From Camelus ferus (lineage: Eukaryota): a stretch of DNA of 64,000 bases. The notes below the pieces were generated by a model, which worked only from the letters and a program-made list of their open reading frames with translations, did not search any database and was not told where the DNA came from. The stretch lies in NCBI RefSeq assembly GCF_009834535.1, contig NC_045696.1, positions 57,972,001-58,036,000 on the forward strand, in the 5' to 3' direction. Numbering within the stretch: position 1 is the stretch's first letter; each line of letters opens with the position of its first letter. A program made the position numbers and the translations under genes. Shown here piece after piece: positions 31,600 through 44,010 of the stretch.

Positions 31600-34500
31600 T
31601 TTAGTGTGATATATCCTGTGAATTTTTCCTCTCATTTTGTCATTTGTCTTATGAGTTTGCTTACTGTGGCTTTTTTTTTTTTTTTTTTTTTTTTACCGTG
31701 CAAACGTTTTTGTATTGTTATGTAGTAAAATTTACCAGTCTCTCATTTTATTGCATCTGGACTTTAAGTCATCTTTTAAAAGCTTTCCCCTATACCCAGG
31801 TTATAGTTATGCATGCTTTTTTTCTTTTTCCTATTTGTAATGCTTTATTTTTTACATGTAGACCTCCGATCCATTTGAACTTTACCCCTGTGTATGGTTT
31901 GAGAAATAGATCTAATTTTATCTTTTTTTCTGTATGGGTATCCACATTTTAATCTCCGTTAATGCTTCAATCCGAACATCATTTATGAAGCTTATCACTA
32001 TGTCAGTAAGATGAGTTACCACCTTTATTTATCATATACTAGATTTTTAGATGTAGTTTGGTTATTCTGAAACTTCTGTTCCGTTGGCTGCTCCATTGAC
32101 CTATTTGTTCATCTGTTTTAGAGAGGCTTTGTAGCATATGTTAAAGTCAGGACTAGTCCCCTACAGAGCTCTTCCATATCAATGTTTTCCGCTTTATTCT
32201 TGCGTGCTTATCTTTCTTTATGAACTTTAGGGTAGACTTCTGATTTATGATCAATGTCCAAAAAAAAAAAAAAAAAACTGGTTGGGATTTTTATTGGAAT
32301 TGCACTAAACTAATAAATTAAATTACAGAGAGCTGACATCTTGAGATGGTGTTGAGATATTCTCACCAAGAAGAAGGATGCCATTTCATTTGTTCAAGTT
32401 TACTTTTATGTCTTTAAAGAGTGTTTATAGTTTTTTACGTAGAACATTTATTGTTAAGTTTGTTTTCTATATATTTCCTCTTCTTTTCTTGCTATTGTAA
32501 ATGAGCTTTTCTCATATTTTTTCTTCATTATATCTTTTAGCTAATTACTTGTGTACATGAATGCTATTGACTTTTCCTTTCATTAGAAAAATAAGGTACA
32601 ATTTACATACAGCAGATTCATACTTTTAGTATATAGTTCTGTGAGTTTTGAGACATGTATATAATTGTAACAACCACAAAGTATAAAAGATATAAAAGAG
32701 TTGCATCACTGCCCGAAATTCCCACCAATCCCTTTGTAATCATCCCTTTCACTCAGGGTGAGCCCCTGGCAAACACTGGTGAGATTTTGGTCTCTATAGT
32801 TGCAGTAATATAAGTGGAATCATATAGCACATAGTCATTTGAGCCTTGCTCCTTTCACTTAGCGTAATACTGTTGAGATCCGTCCATGTAGGTGCAGCTG
32901 TCATTAGTTTGCTATTACTTTCTAATTTAATTTCATAGTGATTTGAGAACATACTTTGGGCTATTTGAATCCTTTTAAATTTACATTTTGAGATGTGTTT
33001 TCTGGACAGGATTTGGTCCATCTTGGTAAATTCACACACACACACTTTAAAACAGTGTATTCTGTTATCATTGGTTGAAGTCTTCTGTTTCAGTTAGATC
33101 AACTTGGTTAATTCTGTTGTTCGAGTCCTTATATCCTCACTGGTTTTATGTCTAGTTCTATCAATTATTGGGAAAGGCTGCTGAACTCTCCAACTGTAAT
33201 TGTGGATTTATTTCTCCTTAGGGGTCTATCAATTTTGGCTTCATATAATTTGAAGCTCTCTTTAGGGGCATAAATGTTTAGGATTGTTATTCTCCCTTGA
33301 TGAATCTTTTCATTTATCATGATAAAATGACAGTTTCATCTCTGATAATACCTGCACTGGAATATACCAGCTTTCTTTTTCTTTTTCTTTTATATTTTTA
33401 AAAATTGTGATAAAATACACATAAAATTGACCATTTTAACCATTTTAAAGTGTGTAGTTCATTAGTGTTCAGGGTATTCACATTGTTGTGCAGCCAATCT
33501 CCAGAACTTTTCATCTTGCTAAACAAACACTGTTTTTTGTGACTGGCTTATTTCACTTAGCTTAATGTCTTCAAGGTTCATCCATGCTGCAGCATGTGTC
33601 AGAATTTCCTTCCTTTTCAAGGCTGAATAATCTTCCATTGTACATATATACCAATCACTCCATTTATTGTTATTTTTTGCAGAAATTTTCAAGTTTGATG
33701 TCCAGTCCCACTTGTCTATTCTTGTTTTTGTTACCTGTGCTTTTGGTGTCGTAACCAATGAATAACTGACAAATTCAATGCCATGAAGCTTTCCCCTTTT
33801 GCTCCATCTATATGTCTGTTATCTGTATGTCTGTTTTCATGCCAGTACCATATTGTTTTGATTACTGCAGCTTTGTAGTATGTTTTGAAGCCAGGAAGTG
33901 TAAGGCCTCCAGCTTTGTTTGTTTTTCTTTATCAAGATTGTTTTGGATATTTGATTATTAAAAGTGATTGTAAAAATAAGGAAAGCATTATTTTATATTT
34001 ATTCACATATTCACCATTTTCATCTGGCATTATTTCCCTTCTTGAAGAACTTTCTTTAACATTTCTTATAGTGCAGGTCTTCTGGTGATGAGTTTTTCAG
34101 TGTGTGTGTATGTCTGAAAAGTTTTTAATTTCACATTTTTTTTTAAACATACTGCATTTTCTAGGTTGACAGTTAAAGACATTGTTGTATAACTTCTGGC
34201 TTGCCTTGTTTCTGACAAGAAGTCTTCTATCATTTTTATCTTTGTTCTTCTATGCATAATTCTTTTCTCACTGGCTACTTTTAAGATTTTTTTCTTTATT
34301 ACTTGTTTTAAGCAACTTATGATATGCCTAGGAGTAGTTTTCTTCATCTTTATTGTGCTTGGAGTTCATTGTGAATCTTGGGTCCATGAGTTTATAGTTT
34401 TCATCAAATTTGAAAAAGATTTTGGCCATTGCTTCTGCAAGTATTTTCTTCTCTCCTCTTTTATCTATGTATATTCATCCACATGAAGTTGTCCCAGGCT

Positions 34501-36050
34501 CACTGATTCTCTACTCATTATTTTCTCAGTCTTTTTTTCCTCTGTCTTTCATTTTATGTGGTTACTGTTACTAATGTCTTAAAGTTCACTAATCTTTTCT
34601 TCTTTATCCATTCCTCTGTTGTGGGTTGCTTCTGTATCTTGGCAATTGTAAATAATGTTGCTGCGATCATTGGGGTGCATATATCTTTCACCATTCAGTG
34701 TATTTTTCACCTCAAACTTTGTATTTTTCTCTCTAGAATTTGATTTAGTTCTTCTTTATATTAAGTCTCTGCTAAATACATTCTTGTTTTCCTTTACCTT
34801 CTTAAAAGTGTGCAGTTTTTTGTTATAATAATGGTTTTAGTATCCTTATCTAGTAATTCTGTCATCTGTGTCATTTCTGGGTTAGTTTCAGTTTATTTTT
34901 CTCCACATTATGCATGATATATTGATGCTTCTTTGCAATCCTGGAGGCTGGAAATAAGAGGTCAGTGAAGTTAGCATGACTGGGTTCTTGGTGAGGGGCC
35001 TTTTCCTGCTATGCATATGACCCCTTCTTTCTATTTTCTTACATGATGGAGGGAAAGAGTGTGTGTAAGTGCTGGTCTCTTTATCATTGTATAGGGCACT
35101 AATCCCATCATGGGGGTGCTATCCTTATTATGTCATCTAAACCTAATTACCTCCCATCTGACCCCACCTCCAAATACCACCACATTGGAGATTAGGGCTT
35201 TAACATACAGATTTTTGGAGGGACACAAACATTTTGTCTATAGCATATGCATACAAGTTTTTTGTGTGGACATATGTTTCATGTCTCTCGGGTGTATACC
35301 TACCTGGGAGTGAAATTTCCGGGTCATACAGTAACTCTAACTTTTTGAGGAACTGCAAAACTGTTTTGCTAAGTAGTTGTATCATTTAATATCTCATCAG
35401 AAATGTATGAGAGTTCCAATTTTTTCACATCCTGAACGACACTTATTATTGCCTTTTTAAGTTCAGTTATCCTAGTAGGTGTGAAGTGGCATCTCACTGT
35501 GGTTTTGACTTGTGTTTTCTTAGTGACTAATGATGTTGAGCAACTTTTTAATTTTTTTGGTCCTTATTGGCCACATGTTTATCTTCTTTGGTGAAATGTC
35601 TGTTTAATTCTTTGTCTATTTTTAAATTGTATTATTTGGTTTTTTTATTGTTGAGTTGTAAAAGGTCTTTATATATTCTAGATACAAGCCCCTTATCAGC
35701 TATATGACTGGCAAATATCTTCTCCCATTCTGTGGGTTGTCTTTTTACTTTCTTGATGTTATTACTGATTTTTAAATTTTCAAAGATGTGGCTGTGTTAT
35801 TTGTAAAGAATGACTGCTTGGGGCTTTTCTTTTCAATATTTATTCTCATTTCTTTTCCCCACCTTATTGTGATGACCAGGAAGAGTTTTGAAAAATATAC
35901 TGAGTAGAAGTAGTGACAGAACACATTTCTGATTTTTTTTTTAATTTTATTTTTTACTACTTCTAAGGAGAGTGACTGTTACATTTCTTCACTGTGAATG
36001 TTGACTTCTGAGTTCAGAATAAGCCTCTTTATCATGCTAAGGGAAAAGTC
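31600..36050 (-). mobile_element. Composite antisense LINE-1 fragments in the first intron of the PARP15 locus
   Basis: T-rich; minus-strand ORFs with L1 ORF1/ORF2-like peptides ([41 protein letters not shown]). Confidence 0.8.
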
Positions 36051-36539
36051 CTTTTATTTCTCTTTAACAGGTTAAACAATTAAAAATGGAAGTTAGAGTT
36101 TCTATTGTCCCCATAAATGTCTACCCATATTCAATCTTCTTTGTGAAGATGCAGAATTTTTTGTATTTTGGTTATATTTTTGGATTGCTCTTTCATTATG
36201 CAGTAACAGAAACATTTCTTCTCAGTAATGAGTTGTAGCCCAATTATTTTCGGTCAGTGGATGAGCACCACCATTTACTATCATGTTTATTTTTTTCCCT
36301 GTGATTTGGTGAGTAAATCTGACTTTACAAAGTATTATGTTTAACTTCACATTATCATTGAACCAAAGAGTTATTGTTTTCTTTCTTTAAAAAAAAAAAG
36401 CAGTAAGTAAAATCTATTTTCTTTCAAAGTATTAAACATCTGAAAGTAATATAAAGGCCAAAGGCTTTCAATTCTCAAATCAGATATAAAAATTACTATC
36501 TTGAGTGTTTCTGTCTCCTTAAAAATTGCTAAGTTGGAA

Positions 36540-36801
36540 ATCCTCAGTACAGAAGTAATAGTTTTCAGAAGAGTGGATAAAATGAATGAAATGGAAGTGG
36601 TTGAAACAGATGAATTTTCAAAAGACTCTTCACAAGCCTCCCTTTTGGTTGCATTTCACAATATCCAAGACACCATGGCTGAGGGTGTGCTATCCTTGTT
36701 TGTGGAGTCGATTAGTGGCCTGTCAGACATCAGCGGTGACTTCAGGGTGGAAGTAACATCCAGTATTAAAGTTGCTTTAGTCTCCTTTCTCAAAAATATT
36801 G
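36540..36801 (+). pseudogene. PARP14-like RRM exon remnant (SLLVAFHNIQDTMAEGVLSLFVESISGLS...DFRVEV...VALVSFLKNI); 5' boundary uncertain
   Basis: Resembles human PARP14 [38 protein letters not shown]...VAVVTFQKHI; intact donor G|gtagga. Confidence 0.8.
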
Positions 36802-36884
36802 GTAGGACAAATTACATTTTAAAATCTGTTTTCTTCTGATATGAAATGAAATTACAGTGCTATTAAACTGATTTTTATTTGCAG

Positions 36885-36960
36885 ATGTCAGAACATTTGT
36901 TAATGTTTGTAATGGATACCATAAAGTTGGGAAACCAGATTTTCCCAAGGCATCTGTAAC
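36885..36960 (+). pseudogene. PARP14-like next-exon 5' remnant (DVRTFVNVCNGYHKV / QIFPRHL*), truncated
   Basis: Acceptor ttttatttgcag after an 83-nt intron, phase matches; resembles PARP14 DTIRFVDDCTKHHSI...QLSPRLL with a frameshift. Confidence 0.65.
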
Positions 36961-38117
36961 CAGGTGGTAGGAACTTGGGAAATTTAATGAACCATTTTAA
37001 AGGCAGTCACAATCTCCTGAAAGATTTATGCCACAAAGAAGTTTATACTTTTGGATGGTACAACCATATAAAGAACATTTTTAAAGATCATACTTCACCT
37101 GCACATCACCTCCAATTGTGATCCTTAGGAATTGGTAGTGAAGCCAAAAGGTTTCCCTGAAACTATAGGTATGGATGGAAGACTGGAAGGGAAAGTGGAT
37201 GAGCTCAGTCAGAGAGAAGCAGACATTAGGATCTTCCTAACATAGCTTCAGTGGAAACTAGTCAGGCAGGAGAGCCAAACATTGAAAGGCTATCTAGAAA
37301 GAAAAGGAGCTTAACTTTCAGTAGTGATTTAAGAAGCTAATAGTCTTAGCATTAGATTGAAATAATATCTGATTCTTAATATAGCAATGAATTGGTATTA
37401 CTGCAAATTTTTAACTGGTACTCGGTGAGAACACGAACATTTAGGATTGGTTTCCCTCACTTTGCAGACTTCTACATTTAAAACTGCATGATTCTTAGGA
37501 CCAATACCAACCTCCCAATCTTGAAGAATTTGAAGGCCCATCTCTCTCCCATACTTGTCACCTTAAAGCTCTTGACATCTGGAGAACTTCTTTCAAAAGC
37601 CATTTACCATGGTTATATTCTGGTAAATGGTTAATATTTAAGCACATTCAGTGCTTCTGAAGATAACATGTGCACTTGAGTCTCAGTCTGCTCTCCATCC
37701 ATTAGTGAATAAACAGACCAATAGCAGAGGCTGAGTCATATAGAGTGCAGTGCAGCACTTTATAAACCTTTTTTTAACCACAGTGCACCATAAAAAAATG
37801 TTTATATTATACTCCAACCCATACTTTATTATGAAGACACAAGTATTTGTTGCAACTTGGAAAATAAAGTTTTGTTGCAACATGTGCATTTCTTGCTAAG
37901 GAACTGATGCACTCAATTTTCTATTCTACTCTAATATGTATATATACTTAAAATTTTTTGTTAAAACCCTTAAAATTCCTATCACTGGCATCGGGGTTAG
38001 AGGTTGGCTTTCAGCAGTGACTTAGCCACAGAGGGTTACGAGGCTGGGGGTTTTAGCCTTATTCCCACAATCTCCACCAGCCTTCTTCTTCAAGCCATCC
38101 TAAACAAGCATACAATC

Positions 38118-38605
38118 CATATTAGTTTTCCATTGCTACATGCCAGATAACCCCAAAACTAGTGACTTTACGTGACAAACATTTATTATTTCACATTTTA
38201 TTTGGGTCAGGATTTGGGAGCAGCTTAGCTGGGTGATTCTGGCTCAAGATCTCTCATACGGTTGCTATCAAGCTGTTAGCTGGGGCTGCAGTCATCTGAA
38301 GCTTAGCAGGGACTGGAGAGTCTGCTTCTAAGCTCACTCACATGGCTGCTGCCAGAGGCCTCTGTTCCTTGCTATGAGGGCCTCTCTAAAGGACTGTTCA
38401 TGACATGCCAGCTGGCATCCTGCAGAGAGACTTTTGGGGGTTGGGGAAAGAGCTGCAGTGCCTTCTGTAACCCAGCCTCAGAAGTGACAGAGCATGACAT
38501 CTGCCATATTCTGTTGGTCACAAAGACCAATCCTGATATGGCATGCAAGGAGACTATGCAAAGGTGTGATTGCTAGCAGTTAGGGATCATTTGGTGCCAT
38601 CTTAC
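38118..38605. mobile_element. MaLR (MLT-type) LTR
   Basis: tattagttttccattgct...ggctgcagtcatctgaagc. Confidence 0.6.
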
Positions 38606-40352
38606 TCACACAATCCAGGAAAACGTAGTTTCAAGACAAACTCCCTTCATCACCCCCTACTTCTAGCCAGGCTGTCACCCCTCAGCCTTCTATATAGAAA
38701 TTCTAGAGCATGACTGGCCTTTAGAGTTTCAAAGGTATATATTTAAATTTTCCTAGAATTTACTAGTTGGATAGCAATGGCAAAGTTACTTTCTGATTCT
38801 GTTTCCTCATTTAAAAAGTAGAGATAAAATCTATCTCACAGGGTCATTATGAAGATTAAATTAAATGGGATAATATTTGTAAAATATCTGACACATAACA
38901 GGTATTCATTAAATAAAGCTATTACAATTACCAACAAGAGAAATGGGAAACACAAGTTACTAATTTGTTGAGAAATGATAGATATGAATTTTGTTTTAGG
39001 TAGCTACACGTGTCAGCAGATACAGGGATAAAGAGCCATTATTAAACAGGGCTTAAATGGTTCAGTGGCCTCCATTTTGATATTGTTACCACCTCTGACA
39101 TAAGAGTACTATGATATACTGTTTCTACTGGGTAAAATGCATTTGAAAATAGGCAGGTGAATTCAATTAAGAAAAATATGCACTCTCCCTCTCTCCCACC
39201 CCCAGAAAAGCGAAATGGTTTCCTTAGAAGTAAAATCAGAGCATCTTCTGTTTGCCTGAGAACTCACTGTCTCCCAAGTTGACCCATTTCACCTTAGGAC
39301 AGTTCTTATTATTTAAAAAATTAGCGTTATTTCCCCCCCCCCCCTTTAATACAGCGACATCATTGTTGATTTATACTGAATTTACTGTCAACCAAAATCC
39401 CTTAGGTATTTTTCATGACTTAGCCACTACGCCACATTCTCTTTCTCCTAAACTTGTGCAGTTATTCTTTGGACTTCCCTTAGTTTTCTTCCTTTCCTTT
39501 GGTGCCTCTTCCAGATGCCCTGGATTCTCTTTTACTTATTAGGTACACTCAGAATCCAACTGCTGCATGTATTGCTGTGAAGAACTCACACTTAAAACCT
39601 TCTCCAGAGGATTGCCTTTGGGACACTGGAGGTGCCTGGGGATTTACATCCATCTCCCAACTAGAATGGCCCATAGCCAATAACTGACTGGTTTGGAGGT
39701 ATAAGAACCCAGCTCCCTTGCCTCAAGGTTAAGACAACACTGTGATCCAATCTGTATACTCTAGAGATCTCGGTGGGATCAGGCAGAAGCCAGGCTTAAT
39801 CTAAACCATATTCTCTCTCTTAAGCTCTCACTTCCTACAGATTTCTCCTAAGGGCACAACTTTAATAAATCACTTGCACATAGATCCCCATTTTGGGCTC
39901 TGCTCCTAGGCAATCTAACCTTTTATGACTTTTGGTTATAAGCAAACAATTGTTTTTAATGTTTTTTACTATTTTAACTATCCTTTTAAAAAATGATATT
40001 GGCTTTACTTCTAGTAGGTTATTTTGAACTTCTCATGCATTATTATTTGTATTTATTGAATCCTAAGGGCCAGATTTTTTTCAGAAAAAAATCACCTCTA
40101 ATATTGTACTATCGATGGGAAAATCAAATTAATTTTATAAAACTTTACTGTAAAATAAACAAGACTGGAATAGATCTATTTCATTAGGTGAGGATTAGCC
40201 CCATTGCATTCATGAATGTCACATCTTTCATCGAGCAGCTTGCCAGTGGTACCATTTTTAGGTAGACACTCTATTTCAGTCTCATTAGTATCAGGATTTC
40301 TTTTGTGCCAAAGATTTTTTTCTGAATGATATCTTTTATTTTTTATTTTTAG

Positions 40353-41420
40353 TAGTGGACACTTAATTGGCCAAAACACTTATCTTCAATGAAAGGCTCG
40401 TCTTTGTGTTCCCATATTATGTGTTATTTCTTGGGCGTAGCTTCCTATGGAAAAGGAGAAGCCCCTGGGAAGGCTGCCGGCCCCATTCCTGGTGCTCCTG
40501 GATCCTCTCATGTGGAAGATCTTGCAGAGAAAGCCTCACCTGATTGGAGTGATAAATTATAAAAGGAGAAAGTGTCACGGTGAGGTAACATGGCCCCACA
40601 TCAGCTGTAAGGAGCTGGCGGTAATCAGGTCTGCAACTACCTAACTTATTTAAGGAAGAACAAAGGTCAATGTCATCAAGGCCTAGAAAGATGTTTCTAA
40701 AAAATTCTCCTACATCATGTCTAAATATCATGTCACTGAATTGAATGTGAGGCCAGTGGTATGGGAGGACATAAAAAGCAGTGTAGAAGATGCTAGAGTT
40801 TTGATTGAGTCTGAAATGTTCAAGGAGATGGTCATAATCATAGGTTGTTTGGAAGATGTGAGAAGAATTGTAACAGTTAAAGACACCAACCAAAACATTG
40901 AAAAGGAAAAACACAAGTTGACAGAATGTGGCTGGTTCTTCTGAAGGTTTTCTAGTTTTTCCATCAGTGCTTTGTAAGAGTCTGTGTTCAAGGAATTCTT
41001 GGGCTGGGAGGTTGTTGATAATGCTTTCAGCAAACATACCAGGCTGCTCGCAGGAGAGTATAAAGTGAAGGATGAAGTTCCTTAGCGAGTGAGAAGGATT
41101 GTTCAAGAAGCCCATCCCCAGTCCTTCTGGAGTTTTCTGTTTGTTACAGAAAGTAGAGTGAAAAATTCTCTGAGATGGCTTTAAGCAAAGAGAATTCATA
41201 TACTTTTTGAGTTAGATCAGGCATGGAAAATCTGTTTCATTTCATAGGTTACCTTTGATCAAATGATGGTTGTCTGGAACTCCTTGTTGAGAAGAATTCT
41301 GAGATGATATCTGGGATGATGGAAAAAGAGTACTGACACCAGGTAATGTCTGTCACAGGTGTGGGCGGGCAAGGTGTGTGGAGGTGACATGTGCCATGTT
41401 ATTACTGGTTGTAAGTGTGA
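40353..41420 (+). pseudogene. Remnant of the large PARP14-like KH-region exon, with stops and frameshifts
   Basis: Acceptor ttttttattttag, then VVDT*LAKTLIFNERLVFVFPYY, EKPLGRLPAPF..LDPLMWKILQRK.HLI, SKYHV..WEDIKSSVEDARVLIE...KEMVII; resembles PARP14 VLDTIMATKLDFNKMPLSVFPYY..EKPLIKLPAPF..LDLPLWKFLQKKNHLI. Confidence 0.85.
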
Positions 41421-41609
41421 GAATACCGTCAGGTAGGTGGATTTCTCTTCCAGATCCTGTGCAGAGCAGATTCAAGTACTGTGTCCTTTGTTAGCTAGTA
41501 GTTTGACTTGGAGTAAGTGGTTTCACCCCTTCACTACACTGGTTTCCTTTACAGGAGAATGAAGTTTCTATACTGGATGATCTGTGATGACCCTTGAATT
41601 CTAAAATTC

Positions 41610-41717
41610 AAGGGGAGGGGGAGTACAGCTCAGTGGTAGTGTGCATGCTTAGCATGCACAACGTCCTGGGTTCAATCCCCAGTACCTCCATTTAAAAAAA
41701 AAGAACTCTTGCTGTTA
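41610..41717 (+). mobile_element. tRNA-Ala(AGC)-derived SINE (Vic-1-like, camelid)
   Basis: ggggagtacagctcagtggtagtgtgcatgcttagcatgcacaacgtcctgggttcaatccccagtacctcca plus A tail; 13-bp TSD aattctaaaattc at 41597-41609 and 41718-41730. Confidence 0.88.
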
Positions 41718-42377
41718 AATTCTAAAATTCTATGACTGATTGATAGTCAAACCACAAATGCATTATTGTGGAGGACTGAGGACTGTGTCTTAGTTTGGGT
41801 CTCCCAGAAAAAGACCTGAAAATAGGATTCAATTGCAAGTGATTTTAGTGGGGAACTAAACAACATTGGTAGAGGATGTTAGCAAATCAGTTACCACTTA
41901 ATCCCACTAGGGAAACTCAGAGTGAGTCCTCTCTGGGGGGCAAGGTTGCTGCGATAGTTTTACACCAACTCTAGTCAATCATTGGATAAGGGCTTGAGGG
42001 AGTGGGAGGGCACCTTAATTTACCTGCACTTTCTCTCCATGTCAAGCAAAGCCGACTTTGGCACTCCAGTAAATCCTGAGACTAGCAATACAGTTGGAAA
42101 TATGACCAAGGTGCGCTTTAATGGTTAAGAGCCAGGGGATACTGACAGAGTCTGTTAGCCTAGGATTTTTGGAATAAGTACAAGAGCTCACTGGCATTTG
42201 AGGTATTAAATACAACTGATACTCAAAAATCGTGGATAATAAATTATTTGCTTTTGAACCTTAGGCTCGAGTTAGAGAAATCTGTGAAATCTAATAGTTA
42301 TTTTCTATTTGGAAACCTATGAGGAAGGTTTTCAGATGGCGCTGCCTGGATAATGCCTCTTACTGTTTTCTTCACAG

Positions 42378-42491
42378 TCAAAAGACCAAGACAGCTGGAA
42401 AGACTGTCATTCAAACAATGTTCTAGCCTCAAGCCAAACCAAAGAAGGTCTGAACCTCGTGTTGGTAAGTGGAGATGTTTTATATTTCTTG
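42378..42491 (+). pseudogene. PARP15: PARP15 exon-2 homolog, open with intact splice sites (SKDQDSWKDCHSNNVLASSQTKEGLNLVLVSGDVLYFL)
   Basis: Hand translation resembles human PARP15 SRDNKFSKKDCLSIRNVVASIQTKEGLNLKLISGDVLYIW; acceptor ttcttcacag, donor TTG|gtaagt, phase 0-0. Confidence 0.88.
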
Positions 42492-43364
42492 GTAAGTGGT
42501 GCTGTTTAGTAAATTCTCCACAGAACAGTGGTGTGTAATGCATTGGTTCTGTGATTTAAGGTCAAGGATTGAGATCATATAAATCTGAGAAGTTAAACCC
42601 ACCAGAAGTTCATGCTGGGCTATACTTACCATCCCCTATAATGTCCATATGTGGAGAGACCCGAATTTAACCACAAACGAGGCTGTGCAAATCCACCTTT
42701 TATTTCTCTATAACTTACCTTGACTTACTCTCAACCCAGTTCTGTTTTTCTCTTCTGTTCCTCAGCATTAAAGGGGAAGACAATATGTTCATCACATAAT
42801 ATCACCCTTCACAAATGCACCCCGTCGCTCCGGCCTGAGCACTCTCGGGGACACAGGCAGAATGAGGAGGGAGAAAGGTTACTAGTACAGGTACTAAATG
42901 CTCAGTTTGGCTCTTGCCTGCCCTTCCCCTCTACTGGCTTCCTCTTCCTGGGAATCACCAGTTAGCAGAAGATGCAGACCCTCATATTCCAGTTAGTGGA
43001 CATCCATGACACTCAATCCCGGCTGCACATCAGCATCACCTGGGGAGCTTTATAAATACAGGTGCCAGGCCCCACCCCTGAAGAGCGTGATTTTAATTGG
43101 TCAGGTATCTGGTCTCAGTGTCAGTAGTTTTGGAAGACATTCCTGGTGATTCAAATATGCGGCTAGGCCTAGGTATGTTAATTAAATCAAAACAGTTACT
43201 CTCAGTTCCTGCCTGCCTGAAAGTAATTCTCTCTCTCCTTCAGTCTCTCCCCACCTGTGTTTGTCTCAGTCTCTCTATTGTTCTGTCTCCACCTCTGCCT
43301 TTCACTTTCACTTTCCTTATTTTTCTGTCTCTGTTTCTGGCCTCTGTTTCACTCATTTTCAAGT

Positions 43365-44010
43365 CCTATGAGCCTGCCCTGACTTCAAATGCCAGTCATA
43401 AGTCCCAGGAGCCTCCGCATCTGACCAACTGGCTTTAAAGTCCGGGGTTCCCACACCCCACTTCTCAGGTTTGGCACTTCACTAGAACAACTCACAGAAC
43501 TCAGAAAAACACTTTTCTTACATTTACCAGCTTATTATAAAGGATACAACCCAAGAACAGCCAAATGGAAGAGATGCTTAGGGCAAGGTGTGTGGGGAGG
43601 GGCACGGAGCTTCGGTGTCCTCTCTGGGCACACCACCCTCCCAGTACCTCGATCTCTTTACCAACCTGGAAGATCTTGAACCCCTTTATTTAGGGTTTTT
43701 TAATGGAGGTTTCATTATGTAGGCATGACTAATTAAATAATTAGATTTGTGACTGAGTTCAATCTCTAGCCTCTCTTCTCTCCCCGGAGGTCAGGGAGTG
43801 ACCTCCCCTGAGAGTTCCAATTGCTAACTGTGGCTGGGTCTTTCTGGAGACCGGCCTCTATTCTGAAGCCATCTAGCCCCACAGCCCCCAAGAGTTATCT
43901 CATTAGCATATAAAAGACAGTCTTTTATGGAGATTCCAAGGGTTTTAGGAACTCTGAGCCAGAAACCAGGGACAAGGACCAAATATTTATTTTTTATTAT
44001 ATCACAGTGG
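43365..44010. mobile_element. MER21-like ERV LTR (related copies at about 27390-27890 and, inverted, about 50070-50360)
   Basis: Shared sequence blocks among the three copies. Confidence 0.6.

Noticed and set aside
41613..41690. Functional tRNA-Ala gene
   Set aside because: Has an A tail, target-site duplications and stem mismatches, so it is a SINE copy
42766..42880. Exon-like stretch after a pyrimidine tract and AG in the PARP15 locus
   Set aside because: Translation resembles no PARP14/PARP15 segment I recognise, and the donor is weak
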